From Macrostomum lignano (Eukaryota), in contig NIVC01000984.1 of assembly GCA_002269645.1 (NCBI GenBank), positions 124,001 to 188,000 on the forward strand: a stretch of 64,000 nt of DNA, given 5' to 3'. A program made the position numbers and the translations under genes. The notes beneath the pieces were generated by a model that was not told the DNA's origin, did no database searches, and saw only the letters and a list, made by a program, of their open reading frames with translations. Below, in pieces: positions 24,100 to 36,567 of the stretch. Numbering within the stretch: the stretch's first letter is position 1; the number at the start of each line of letters is the position of its first letter.

Positions 24100-24900
24100 A
24101 ATAGGATTTGGAAACTGTTTGATAAGATTGTGAAACTGTTTATAGGATTGTGAAACTGTTTATAGGATTGTGAAACTGTTTATAGGATTGTAAAACTGTT
24201 TATAGGATTGTGAAACTGTTTATAGGATTGTGAAACTGTTTATAGGATTGTGAAACTGTTTATAGGATTGTGAAACTGTTTATAGGATTGTGAAACTGTT
24301 TATAGGATTGTGAAACTGTTTATAGGATTGTGAAACTGTTTATAGGATTTGGAAACTGTTTGTAGGATTGTGAAACTGTTTATAGGATTGTGAAACTGTT
24401 TATAGGATTGTGAAACTGTTTATAGGATTGTGAAACTGTTTATAGGATTGTGAAACTGTTTATAGGATTGTGAAACTGTTTATAGGATTGTGAAACTGTT
24501 TATAGGATTGTGAAACTGTTGATAAGATTGTGAAACTGTTTATAGGATTGTGAAACTGTTTATAGGATTGTGAAACTGTTTATAGGATTGTGAAACTGTT
24601 TATAGGATTGTGAAACTGTTTATAGGATTGTGAAACTGTTTGATAAGATTGTGAAACTGTTTATAGAATTGTAAAACAGTTTATAGGATTGTAAAACTGT
24701 TTATAAGATTGTGAAACTGTTTATAGAACTGTGAAACTGTTTATAGGGCTTTGAAACTGTTTATAGAACTTTAAAACTGTTTATAAAACTGTGAAACTTT
24801 TAATTGTTACACAGTTCCCCTGTGAAACTATGTATAGAACTATAGAACTGTGAATCTGTTTATAGGGCTAAGAAACTGTTTATCGGACTGAAAAACTGTT
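24100..24900. repeat. 20-bp minisatellite (GTGAAACTGTTTATAGGATT)n
   Basis: Exact period 20 at 24181-24640, decaying at both ends. Confidence 0.97.
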
Positions 24901-25344
24901 TAAATGAGCTAGAAACTACACACATTTATGTCCAAGATTTGCTACTAAAAGTAGCGCTAGAAAAAGCTTCAACAATTATTCTTGAACAGCCACAATTTTT
25001 ATGATGGTAAGTTTTCAGTCAGCCTGTTGAGAAGTGAATTGCCTGTTGAGAAACATTGAAATAGACTAAAATACCTCAGCGCCCTAAGGACAGTCGGTAT
25101 TTAATTAGAGCGTTAAAATCTTAAAGCTTTGATCAGCTGTAAAACGCAATCAAGTACGACATTCTGCAGTGCTTGCCATCCAAAAAGTGTAAGCTCACGC
25201 GACTCTTGTATATTTAGCTGGCGCGAATGAAATTTTTTCACATTTTCACCTGAAAGAGCGTTAATTAGGGGTGAACAATCTATTAATTCCCAAGGTTTGG
25301 GATTAAAAGGCTCGGTGACAATTGGTCACTCTTTCTTGGCTAAC

Positions 25345-25600
25345 TAAGGAATTGCCCTTGTGAATCATATGATATCTGACAGAGGAATTCCCCTTGTGAA
25401 TCATATGATATCTGACAGAGGAATTTCCCTTGTGAATCATATGATATCTGACAGAGGAATTTCCCTTGTGAATCATATGATATCTGCCTGAGGAATTCCC
25501 CTTCTGAATCATATGATATCTGACAGAGGAATTCCCCTGTGCATCATATGAGAGGAATTCCCCTGTTGCATCATATGATATCTGCCTGAGAAATTCCCCC
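25345..25600. repeat. 36-bp tandem repeat (~7 copies)
   Basis: agaggaatt recurs at 25381 and 25417. The unit contains the palindrome ATCATATGAT. Confidence 0.93.
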
Positions 25601-25679
25601 ATAGTGATGAGCAATCGGTAAGACCTCAATTTTATAAACTGTCACCGCGCACAAACGTGAATTCAATCCTACTAAATTT

Positions 25680-28600
25680 CTACACAAATGCTTTCGCTTC
25701 GCTTCCGCCTGCGACTCCAGCAGCTGTCGATGCCGCAACGCTCGCACCGGAAGCTGTGGCGGCACTTCCGGCCAGTTCGCCGGCTGTGAGCAGGCTGACT
25801 GAGAACTTCTTGCCGCTGTTGGCGTTGCCGCCTCCGCCGCCGCCGCCGGTAGAAGCTGCTGCTCCAGCTATGCCGGATTCGGCGACGTCTTTGAAGTCGG
25901 ACCGGATGATGTAGAGCAGGAAGCCGAGAAACTGGAACACATCGGCCACCACAGCTAGCCAATAGGACCAGCGCAGCTCGTTTCTGTGCAAAGCGTTCTG
26001 CTCGCCATGCTTGATAAAATCGCCCCACACAGCCACGGCTACCAGTAGGCAGAGAACTGCAAGTTTATAATGCAATAATTGCAAGTAATATTTGTATGAT
26101 GCAATAATCGTGCGTCACATTCGAAGCTCGGAGAAGCTCATCACAGCAGGACACTAACCGAGACCAACTCTGCTTAATTTGCACAAGTGGCTGCGAGTTT
26201 GCTAAGATCTATCGACCCCTTGCCTAATATAGTTAACTCAATCCCTTCCAGCCAATAAGAATGGAGCAAAGGATTGGGGAAGCGGGATAGGCGTGAGGTG
26301 GGTAACAGTCGCAGCCAATCAAAACTCGTCACTGCTAAATCGATACTCACGAAGCATTCGTGATGTACACACTTACAGGAAGCAAGCAGACTGCTGACAA
26401 ATAGCAATCTCAGAGTCTTGCTGTGCATCGAGGCCTCGAATTTCATGCGAACAATGCCGATCGCTAGGGAGGCTACGGACGCCACCAGGCCTAGAATGAA
26501 TGCCGCCCTGGTCTTAATGAAGTCCGCTGCAATAGAGACAAGTTTTACACAGATTAGATCTGCTTAACAACAGCTGGCACCCCCCTGAACCCACAGCAAT
26601 GCCATTCTATTTGATTCGAGACCATTTTATTTGATTAAGTGCCATTTTATTTGATTGGATGCCATTTTATTTGATTAGACGCCATTTTATTTGATTAGAC
26701 GCCATTTTATTTGATTAGACGCCATATTATTTGATTAGACGTCCATTTTATTTGATTAGACGCCATTTTATTTGATTAGACGCCATTTTATTTGATTAGA
26801 CGCCATTTTATTTGATTAAGTGCCATTTTATTTGATTAGACGCCATATTATTTGATTAGACGCCATATTATTTGATTAGACGTCCATTTTATTTGATTAG
26901 ACGCCATTTTATTCTATTGGAGGCCATTTTATTTTATTGAAGGCTATTTTATTTGACTAGACGCCATATTTTTTATTAGACGCCATTTTATTTTTTGGAG
27001 GCCATTTTATTTGAATCAACGCCATATTTTTTATTAGACGCCATTTTATTTGATTAGACGCCATTTTATTTTATTGGAGGCCATTTTATTTGTTTAGACG
27101 CCATTTTATTTTATTGGAGGCCATTTTATTTCACTAGACGCCATATTATTTGAATAGACGCCATTTTATTAGACTAGACGCCATATTATTCGAATAGACG
27201 CCATTTTATTAGACTAGACGCCATATTATTTGACTAGACGCCATATTATTTGATTAGATGCCATTTTATTTGATTAGATGCCATTTTATTTGATTAGATG
27301 CCATTTTATTTTATTGGAGGCCATTTTATTTGATAAGGAGGACATCAAGACACCAAAATGTTGGGCGATCAAGATCAAGATTTGTACGCGAGTTAATGTG
27401 TAGCTTAGTGTGTAATTTTCACGCATACGAGGTATGGATTAACTCTGACAGTTCTCAGTTTCTCGGATAACTATTTTATCTTCAGAAGACGAAAGACTGT
27501 TACTGAGGATACTAAAAGTACTGAAAATGGTAATGGGAGCAGTAATCCTTCAATTGGAATGGGACAAGCTCATACTTCGTAAAAGGCTCGTATAAGAAGC
27601 AAAGTGCTTCCGACTTGTGGTTCCGCTCTCCAATCTTTCTCTTTGCTATGCAAATGCGATTAGTTGTCAATGATTTCTGCTTTCTCTTGCCTTATTTTTC
27701 CCTCGAAGTCTGACCATCACACAGTAAGTACAAAGCCAGAACTAAGCTGACCGATTATATTTGTCTTACGGGACCATTGCAGTTACGGATGCTTATTAAA
27801 GTGCAGACCCGATGGAAGGGCGAATAGCGACTGCCGCAGGCTTGTTCGAAGTTGGCAGTTCCTACTGGAGCCGTTCGCCCCAGTTACTTTTGCCCGCAGC
27901 AGCAGCAGACGCTGCACATAGTCAGCCAGAGCTTTCAGTCCATGCGCACCACTTGCCGCATCGGGCCGCGAAATCTGCCGGCTGAATCGCGTGCGGTTGG
28001 ATTGGCGGAGTGCTTTTGTTCCCATGGCTCTTTAGTTAGAATGCTTGAAAGATAGCGATAACCCACGGAGTTAGGGTAAGAGTCAAGGTAATACAAACTG
28101 CTGACAGAGCGGAAGCCTTGTCACCTGTCCGTCAGTGCCTCGGCAGAAAATTTCAGCCTCGATGTCATCCGGCACGCAGAGCACGACGTGTCCTCGACGG
28201 TCGAGGACAGCAGGGCGAGATCGTCGGCGTAGCCAAGCACGCTGAGCCGCCTCTCCGGTCGACCCACGCGTCGCTGCAACAGGAAGCCGTCTGCCTACCT
28301 CGAAGTTTGTCTACCTTGGCGGTCTGGTGCCTGACGTGTGTGACATTTGTCCCACGCTTGACTGGCTGACAATGTATTTTCTTGTTGTTTTTGGAAGGTA
28401 AGGATTAGGGTAAGGATTAGGGTAAGGATTAGGGTAAGGATTAGGGTAAGGATTAGAGTAAGGATTAGGGTAAGGATTAGGGTAAGGATTAGGGTAAGGA
28501 TTAGGGTAAGGATTGGGGTAAGGATTAGGGTAAGGATTAGGGTAAGGATTGGGGTAAGGATTAGGGTAAGGATTAGGGTTGGGGAAAAATTCAGCATTTT

Positions 28601-30495
28601 CATCCACTGCGCAAGTGTCACTTCAGAATAAATTAACCAGGATTTCTGTTCTCCACCAAGTAAAGAGAAAGTATATCCAGACACTCATCTGCCACACACA
28701 GCTGCCCAGACTTCCCAGCGGCTGCCTCAGATTGAAGTTGAAGAAAAACAATTGGCAAAGAAGTTTCAGAGACTCTGCCAAGAGGACAGGCAGACGCCAT
28801 ACGGTCTCTGGTGTTTACGAGTACCAGCTTCAAGCTTTCTCTGTTTAGGTTGAATTCTGTGCAGTCACTTCTGGCTCGCCTGCGCTAGGGAGATAGACAG
28901 ATTATCAGTACGGAGAGGAAGGGGGATCATAACCCGGGCAGATTGCGGCAGCTGACGTGGGGCAAAAGAACTTGCGCTTTTTCCTGCTGGCCTTTGCAGA
29001 TCCCACTGTGACCCGATTTTTTTACACAATTCAAGCTGAGTTTGTAGTGCAGCGCTTTGGGAAGTTATTCTGCAAAGTGTGTTTTTTACTTAATCGTTTT
29101 TTGCAGCCTTACCAGAGGATTTGTTCTACAGTGCTTTGGGAATAACTTGAGAAACATGGCGCCTCTCTTTTGAGAATCGTGGCGCCTCTCTTTTGAGAAT
29201 CGTGGCGCCTCACTTTTGAGAATCGTGGCGCCTCTCTTTTGAGAATCATGGCGCCTCACTTTTTGAGAATCGTGGCGCCTCTCTTTTGAGAATCATGGCG
29301 CCTCTCTTTTGAGAATCGTGGCGCCTCTCTTTTGAGAATCGTGGCGCCTCACTTTTTGAGAATCATGGCGCCTCACTTTTGAGAATCGTGGCGCCTCACT
29401 TTTGAGAATCGTGGCGCCTCACTTTTGAGAATCGCGGCGCCTCACTTTTGAGAATCGTGGTGCCTTAATTTTGGGATTATGGTGTCTCACTTTTGAGAAT
29501 CGTAGCATCTCAAATTTGAGAATCGTGGCACCTCACTTTTGAGAATCGTGGCGCCTGACTTTTGGGATTATGGTGTCTCACTTTTTAGAATCGTGGCGCC
29601 TCTCTTTTGAGAATCGTGGCATCTCAATTTTGAAAATCGTGGCGCCTCACTTTTGGGATTATGGTGTCTCACTTTTGAGAATCGTAGCGCCTCAATTTTG
29701 AGAATCGTGGCATCTCAATTTTGAGAATCGTGGCATCTCAATTTTGAGAATCGTGGCATCTCAATTTTGAGAATCGTGGCATCTCAATTTTGAGAATCGT
29801 GGCATCTCAATTTTGAGAATCGTAGCATCTCAATTTTGAGAATCGTGGCATCTCAATTTTGAGAATCGTGGCATCTCAATTTTGAGAATCGTAGCATCTC
29901 AATTTTGAGAATCGTGGCATCTCAATTTTGAGAATCGTGGCATCTCAATTTTGAGAATCGTAGCATCTCAATTTTGAGAATCGTAGCATCTCAATTTTGA
30001 GAATCGTGGCATCTCAATTTTGAGAATCGTGGCATCTCAATTTTGAGAATCGTGGCGCCTCACTTTTGAGAATCGTGGCATCTCAATTTTGAGAATCGTG
30101 GCATCTCAATTTTGAGAATCGTGGCATCTCAATTTTGAGAATCGTGGCATCTCAATTTTGAGAATCGTGGCATCTCAATTTTGAGAATCGTGGCATCTCA
30201 ATTTTGAGAATCGTGGCATCTCAATTTTGAAAATCGTGGCACCTCTTTTTTGATAAACCAACAACAACCAAGGATTAAGAATTTATTACTATAGTCCAGA
30301 AGTCTTTGGCTGCAACCAAATTCGAGAAAAACTTATTGACAAAAGTCCCAGTGGGAACTCACGCTCAGCCGAGTGATCCTCCTTCATCACAATTGGCCAG
30401 CTCGGCAGCTGGGTGGCTGCCACCACAGTGCCGGCCAGCCCGCAGCCGCAGGCCACCAGTATGGTCCTGTCTATCACTTGCAGCGAGGGCCACAT
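25680..30495 (-). CDS. Claudin/PMP22/EMP-superfamily-like 4-TM protein; exons 30495-30363 (tentative), 26526-26377, 26056-25680
   Basis: Exon 26526-26377 (DFIKTRAAFILGLVASVASLAIGIV..LLFVSSLLAS) and exon 26056-25680 (FLCLLVAVAVW..LRWSYWLAVVADVFQFLGFLLYII plus Gly/Ala tail) have canonical phase-1 junctions. LxWSYxLA before TM4 is typical of the family. The candidate first exon (TM1 TILVACGCGLAGTVVAATQLPSW) ends at C|GTGAGT in matching phase. The ECL1 exon is unresolved. Confidence 0.6.
26600..27335. repeat. 20-bp AT-rich minisatellite (GCCATTTTATTTGATTAGAC)n
   Basis: Period 20 at 26681-26820. Confidence 0.96.
28085..28345 (-). mobile_element. Rearranged non-LTR retrotransposon reverse-transcriptase fragments
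   Basis: The minus strand reads GFLLQRRVGRPERRLSVLGYADDLALLSSTVE (YADD motif), then LCVPDDIEAEIFCRGTDGQVTRLPLCQQFV. A plus-strand piece reads KFVYLGGLVPDV (~28312-28347). Confidence 0.8.
28397..28580 (+). repeat. Telomere-like 12-bp repeat (TTAGGGTAAGGA)n, ~15 units
   Basis: Directly visible. Nearly every unit contains TTAGGG. Confidence 0.95.
29150..30245. repeat. 23-bp minisatellite (GAGAATCGTGGCATCTCAATTTT)n
   Basis: Period 23 at 29761-29784. Confidence 0.97.
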
Positions 30496-31574
30496 AGCCT
30501 TGAATATCGCCAAGTCCCAACACGACTGCAGACGGCGCGAGCCCTTCTAAAACCAATTTTCTAGCCAATAATCCGAGGAGGGGGGGCGAACTTACTGAAT
30601 ATGCCAGATTCTTGTCCACTGCTCGCATCTGTGTTCAGGCCGTTAGCCTTGTGCGATTGGCTGCGGACGAATAAGTCCCCCAAGATCCGGAGGGAAATGT
30701 GGGGGGGGGGGCGAGAGTGATTGAGAGTGGACGGCGCCCAGCGTTTGCTCCGACATAGAAAGTCGAGAATGTTGTGTTGAGCAGTGATGGCAGCTGGACC
30801 ACACAGGCGGAGCTTTTTCTGTTCAGGCCGCCCCCACACCAATCAAACTATATGCAAGGATTGCGAATGCTTTCTTGGGCTTTGCAAATGACCCTTGAGG
30901 ACTGTAGCTCGCTATATGAATATTTGTTAATCATTTTCCCTTGTGTTTGGCCTCCCTGTGCCATCAGCATGGGCGATGAAAGACTGCCGGGATTGCGGTT
31001 AGGGATAGGGTAAGGTTTAAGGTGTTAACGGCTTCCTGTAAGAGGTCAGATTGTATACTCTGAGGGCATTAGTGGCCAAGAATTAACATCTCGTTTTAGC
31101 AACCGTTTATCTTACTGATATGATCAACAATCGATCAATCAGGCTTAACTGTCAGGATTGAGATTGGCAATTCCAAACAGCTGAACTCGTGCTTAACTAC
31201 AGAGAGCTGACAACTGAGGACTCAAAATACAGTTGTTCTAGAAGCGTCTCGCACAAACTATATATGACAGGCAGCGGAAATTAAAACCCCGGTTCTCTAT
31301 TGGCTATCAAAACTGAAAAAAATAACGTTGAATTTGCTTATTTTACTCCTGCCACCTCAGAAATTGACATTCGTCAGTCTACGACAGTTGGACAGTTGAC
31401 TCCTATCAATCACTATGGACTTTGATTTTGAATTTGAGAATACAGATGTAGCGATTTTTAATTGGCTTTAACAATTACTCACTCACAATGGCTGATGTGA
31501 GCAATCCGGCTGGTAAGAAAGTACACTCATTCACCTTCGAATCGTGAACGTTTTTCAAAATCATTTTTTTGAAA

Positions 31575-32985
31575 AGGGCTTATCAATGAGGGCTAATCAA
31601 TGAGGGCTAATCAATGAGGGCTAATCAATGAGGGCTAATCAATGAAGGCTAATCAATAAGGGCTAATCAATGAGGGCTAGTCAATAAGGGCTAATTAATG
31701 AGGGCTAACCAATGAGGGCTAGTCAATAAGGGCTAATTAATGAGGGCTAATCAATGAGGGCTAGTCAATAAGGGCTAATCAATGAGGGCTAATCAATGAG
31801 GGCTAGTCAATGAGGGCTAGTTAATAAGGGCTAATCAATGAGGGCTAGTCAATGAGGGCTAGTTAATAAGGGCTAATCAATGAGGGCTAGTTAATAAGGG
31901 CTAATCAATGAGGGCTAGTTAATAAGGGCTAGTCAATAAGGGCTAATTAATGAGGGCTAATCAATAAGGGCTAATTAATGAGGGCTAATCAATGAGGGCT
32001 AGTCAATAAGGGGTAATCAATGAGGGCTAATCAATGAGGGCTAGTCAATGAGGGCTAGTTAATAAGGGCTAATCAATGAGGGCTAGTCAATGAGGGCTAG
32101 TCAATGAGGGCTAGTCAATGAGGGCTAATCGATGAGGGCTAATCAATGAGGGCTAGTCAATGAGGGCTAGTTAATAAGGGCTAATCAATGAGGGCTAGTC
32201 AATGAGGGCTAGTTAATAAGGGCTAATCAATGAGGGCTAGTTAATAAGGGCTAGTCAATAAGGGCTAATTAATGAGGGCTAATCAATGAGGGCTAGTCAA
32301 TAAGGGCTAATCAATGAGGACTAATCAATGAGGGCTAGTCAATGAGGGCTAGTTAATAAGGGCTAATCAATGAGGGCTAGTCAATGAGGGCTAATCAATG
32401 AGGGCTAGTCAATAAGGGCTAATCAATGAGGGCTAGTCAATGAGGGCTAGTTAATAAGGGCTAATCAATGAGGGCTAGTCAATGAGGGCTAATCAATGAG
32501 GGCTAGTCAATGAGGGCTAATCAATGAGGGCTAGTCAATAAGGGCTAATTAATGAGGGCTAGTCAATGAGGGCTAATCAGTGAGGGCTAGTCAATGAGGG
32601 CTAATCAATGAGGGCTAATCAATGAGGGCTAATCAGTGAGGGCTAGTCAATGAGGGCTAATCAGTGAGGGCTAGTCAATAAGGGCTAGTCAATGAGGGCT
32701 AATCAATGAGGGCTAATCAATGAGGGCTAATCAATGAGGGTTAATCAATGAGGGCTAATCCAAAAGGGTTAATCGATGAGGGCTAGTCAATAAGGGCTAA
32801 TCAATGAGGGCTAGTCAATGAGGGCTAATCAGTGAGGGCTAGTCAATGAGGGCTAATCAATGAGGGCTAATCAATGAGGGCTAATCAATGAGGGTTAATC
32901 AATGAGGGCTAATCCAAAAGGGTTAATCGATGAGGGCTAATCAATGAGGGCTAATCCAAAAGGGTTAATCGATGAGGGCTAATCA
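31575..32985. repeat. 14-bp minisatellite (GGCTAATCAATGAG)n
   Basis: About 100 units. Confidence 0.97.
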
Positions 32986-34152
32986 ATGACGACCATCCCT
33001 AAAGGCGCGCACAGTGTATACACTGACTTTCGATGAAAAAAGTCAAGGCTGCTGTGCACCCTGTGTGACTGTGGCACCTGTGTCAGCCGGTTCAGCGCAA
33101 TGGGCATGACTGCTTGCCTCCCCTCCCTGCTGGATGTGGGTCGAACGTCGCCTTGATTCCCCAAAGCCTCTAACCCAAAAACCTGCATGCAGTTCAAATA
33201 CCACCGCCATCAAAGCACACACAAAGCTCGATAACTTTGATAACGCAAACACATCATTTTTGTACCGTTGAACGAGACTTAACTATTCGCAAGTGACAGT
33301 AACGCGTGGACTGCGACCACTTAAAAAAGTTCTAGTGCTGCTTTTCAGGTTTGAAAGACAATATTATTTTACAATCAGCCTTCAGCCAATTGAGCTGTTT
33401 ACATAGAGAATTCATTTCATGGCTTCACAGCCATCAGCCAGGGACTTCTCATCCATTCGCTCTAACGAAAGCGAGCAGGGAAATTATTTTTGCAGTGGCG
33501 CATCAGCAATTCAGGTAAGTTATTACCTAGAAGTCCGGCCCTCTCTCTGAAGCGGCGTTCCTGTCTTTCCAATCAATTCGCGGTGACAGTGGAAACAGCC
33601 GGGGCGGGCAGTCTCCGAGGAAAGATAAATTTACTCTGGGCAAGACAAGTGAGGTGGGAGTGGACAGAAACTGGAGTAGCTAAAAGGAGTGCGGCACAAC
33701 TGTCTTCTTTTGCTTTTGAGCCATGTAGTTCAGAATCCAATCACTAATTCATCATTTCTTCTTCTCTTCCGTTCTTTTCTGCTTTCTCCAGTCAGCTGGA
33801 TGGGGAGGGCTGTGTGTGTCAAACACGATTTCAGCTGGATTGTGAGAGCTGTGTGTGTGTCAGACACGAGTTCAGCTGGACTGTGAAAGCTGTTTGTGTC
33901 AAAACTGAGTTTAGATGTCTGTTATTTGTGTCAAATTTGAGACTGAGAGTGATATGAATGCCTTGAAGGCCTCTCATACTGTACAGTATAATCATAAATC
34001 AATCGAGAATGTGACATTAAGGGGCAGAGAAATGAGAAACTCGTTTGATAAAATGTTGACCGAACTGTTATTTTCGACAAGTTGACAGAATATTATTCTG
34101 CATTTTTGTAAGCTCACTGAACCATCTGCTCCGTCATAATCACCTCGGCCAT

Positions 34153-34905
34153 ACACAGGCCCTTTGCCACAACACTACGAACTCCCGGACAGTCGCTGAC
34201 TGCACCCGGCAGCTCAACCTCCTGGCCAGTTGCAATACTGTCAGGCTGAAGTGGATCCCAGGGCACGGGAACGAGTTAGCAGACGACCTCGCCATGAGGG
34301 CGGCTCTGGCTCCTTATGGGCCCTGAGCCACTGGTCCCTATCCCTTCTACGGTCATCAATCGTCAGATCGATGACTGGGCTGATTCCCTCCACAGGGACA
34401 GATGGGCGGGCACCCAAAACTGCCGGCAATCTCGTGCCGCGGTTCCGTGCCCCTCTCGCAGGCTCAGAAACGTCCTTCTGAACCAAAATCGGATAGATAT
34501 TCGAGCCCTCGTCATGACCTTTGCCGGCCATGGCTACCTCGCCAAGCACTGCTTCCTCCGAAGCGATCTGGAGAGTGAACTTTGTCCTTTTTGCGAGTAC
34601 AACAATGAAGATGCTCAGCACTTTGTCACTGCCCTTTCTTTACCAGCGACCGGCTGCGCTACCTCGGGCCAAACCCGTCCATTGACGAGGTCTGCCAGCC
34701 CGCGGACAGCATCCCACACGGCTCATCCAGCGACAAGCCGAGCCACTTTCTTCCCTAGGAAAGTTTACACTGCAGGACGGACTGGCGGACCACCCTGCGA
34801 CCCGGCGTCCACGCCTCTGCCTGTCTGCGGGCCTTCAGGGGTTTAGCGGAATGGGCGACCCTCGCCTCCCTAGTCTACGGATCACCCTCAGCTGAGTCAA
34901 GTAAG
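34153..34905 (+). mobile_element. 5'-truncated RNase H-containing LINE (I/R1-group-like) with 13-bp TSD
   Basis: RNase H end TVRLKWIPGHGNELADDLA, then GPEP..GHGYLAKH..CPFCEYNNEDAQHFV(fs)CP zinc knuckle and a short AAGT tail. The flanks are tcacctcggccat (34140-34152) and tcacctcagccat (34906-34918). Confidence 0.88.
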
Positions 34906-35571
34906 TCACCTCAGCCATGTTGTCACTGCGCGCCCATACGGTGCCCAAGCTGTTTTTGCCTTTCCAATTGTCTTATTTGCAGATGCAATAGCAAATTAAT
35001 TCAGACTCTGTCGGACAGTCCTACAGTAAATGCACAAGCTATAGCCGTAAGCTTAGAGTTTGAACCTGAGGATAGTTCTGAACAGCACCTCAGTGCTGCT
35101 TCACAGATTTTAAAAAGATATGCTTCTCTCAATTGCAAGACACGGAAATCCCTCAGAATAAGGTAGAACGCCAAGAGAATGAAGAGTTGCAGGAAGTATA
35201 CTAAGCCTCCTCCCTAGACCGCTTCGCCATCAATAGTGCAAGGTGCAGATCACCATTGACAGCAGCTTCTAAAGCCATCCTGTCAATCGGCTATTGAAGG
35301 CAGGTAAATTTGAAGTTGGCCTCTTCTAATTGTGCATGACAGCCTAGCTCGTGCCGTTCTGGCTCCGCCTCAAAATGCTTCTGCCGGTCTGGGTCCACTA
35401 ATTTACACAGGAAGTTGCGTGCTGCACTAATTAGGTCAAAAAAATGGTTTTTTTTTAAGTGTTAGCTAAATTTTGCCTTTGACAATGTTCCTTAACAAAG
35501 GAATCAATCAAGCGTTTTATTCGCTTCTCGTCGTTTCAGAAACAAGGCATAATAGTATAAGGATACTAACA

Positions 35572-35878
35572 GTAATAATAATTGATTACACGGTACACCT
35601 GCCCCAACAATCGGCCGCCAGATGTGCAACCGACAGCTCAGCCGCAGCTATTGCGCGGCGCATCTGAAGGCTGCGTACGGCTGTTCAGTCCAAGGACTGG
35701 CTGACATCCTCAATTACCCCAGCTAATGCTGGCACCCATTTTAGACCGTGGATGGACTGAAGCAATGCAGAGGGACCAAGAAGAGGGACGTCTTGCTGAA
35801 GGACCAAGAGTCGAGAATCGAACCCCAGACCTTACAGTCTGGAGTCCGACGCTCTAACCCTTAGGCTACAATTCCCCC
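35572..35878 (-). mobile_element. tRNA-derived SINE, copy 1
   Basis: The head has A-box TAGCCTAAGGG and B-box GGTTCGATTC. The body is shared with 48583-48845 and 60222-60440, and there is an (ATT)n-like tail. Confidence 0.85.
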
Positions 35879-36567
35879 AACTAGTTTTGAACGAAATATC
35901 GCCAAATAGCTAGAATTTCAAAACTTTCTACTCACCATCATTCTTAGTAACAGTAGTAATATCAGAGTTTGCGAAAAATAAGATCAGAGTTATGGTTAAA
36001 AATTAAAAACGTTTGTGCATATGAATGTCAGTAAATATTTGTTTTAATGGTTACAATTACAATTAATGGGTCGGGACTGACTCTGGTACATTTCCCGTAG
36101 AAATCCAATTATATGAGCGTAATTACTCGTAGTGTATCTTGGCAAAAAACTTTATATTCTTCATTTAAAATATAGAAAAAAGTCAACTTGAGTGCAGATT
36201 TGCATAATTAATTAAGCTGGTGATGACTGTGTTTATTTCGAGTCCATATCTGGAGGAGGGGAGGTTTTTTATTAACTACATTTATAGCAAATGGGAGTTA
36301 GAAAGGATTATAATAGCACACATTGTACAAGTCAAGCAAATTCTATCAAATACTAGCGATAACCACTTTCGGACTTGAACATGTCAGTCTCCCCTTAGTC
36401 ATTCACAATATAATAAAATAGAAAAAAACAACAGCAGGTACAACAGTGAGTGAATTAAGGAAAGGTATTTCAATTAGAGCTTGAACTGGAAGTGAATGGT
36501 AGGCATATAGCAATATTGATGCGGCTTGCTCTCATTCAATTAGTCGGCAAGGCCTAATTTAAACAAA

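Noticed and set aside
28795-28850. PYGLWCLR as claudin ECL1 motif
   Set aside because: It is on the plus strand, opposite to the claudin-like gene, so likely coincidental.
32979-33252. Short minus-strand ORFs with a hydrophobic start
   Set aside because: No ATG start for the hydrophobic frame, no convincing splice partners and no recognisable motif.
35810-35878. Functional tRNA gene
   Set aside because: A/B boxes are present, but the cloverleaf is incomplete and the sequence continues into a SINE body shared by three copies.
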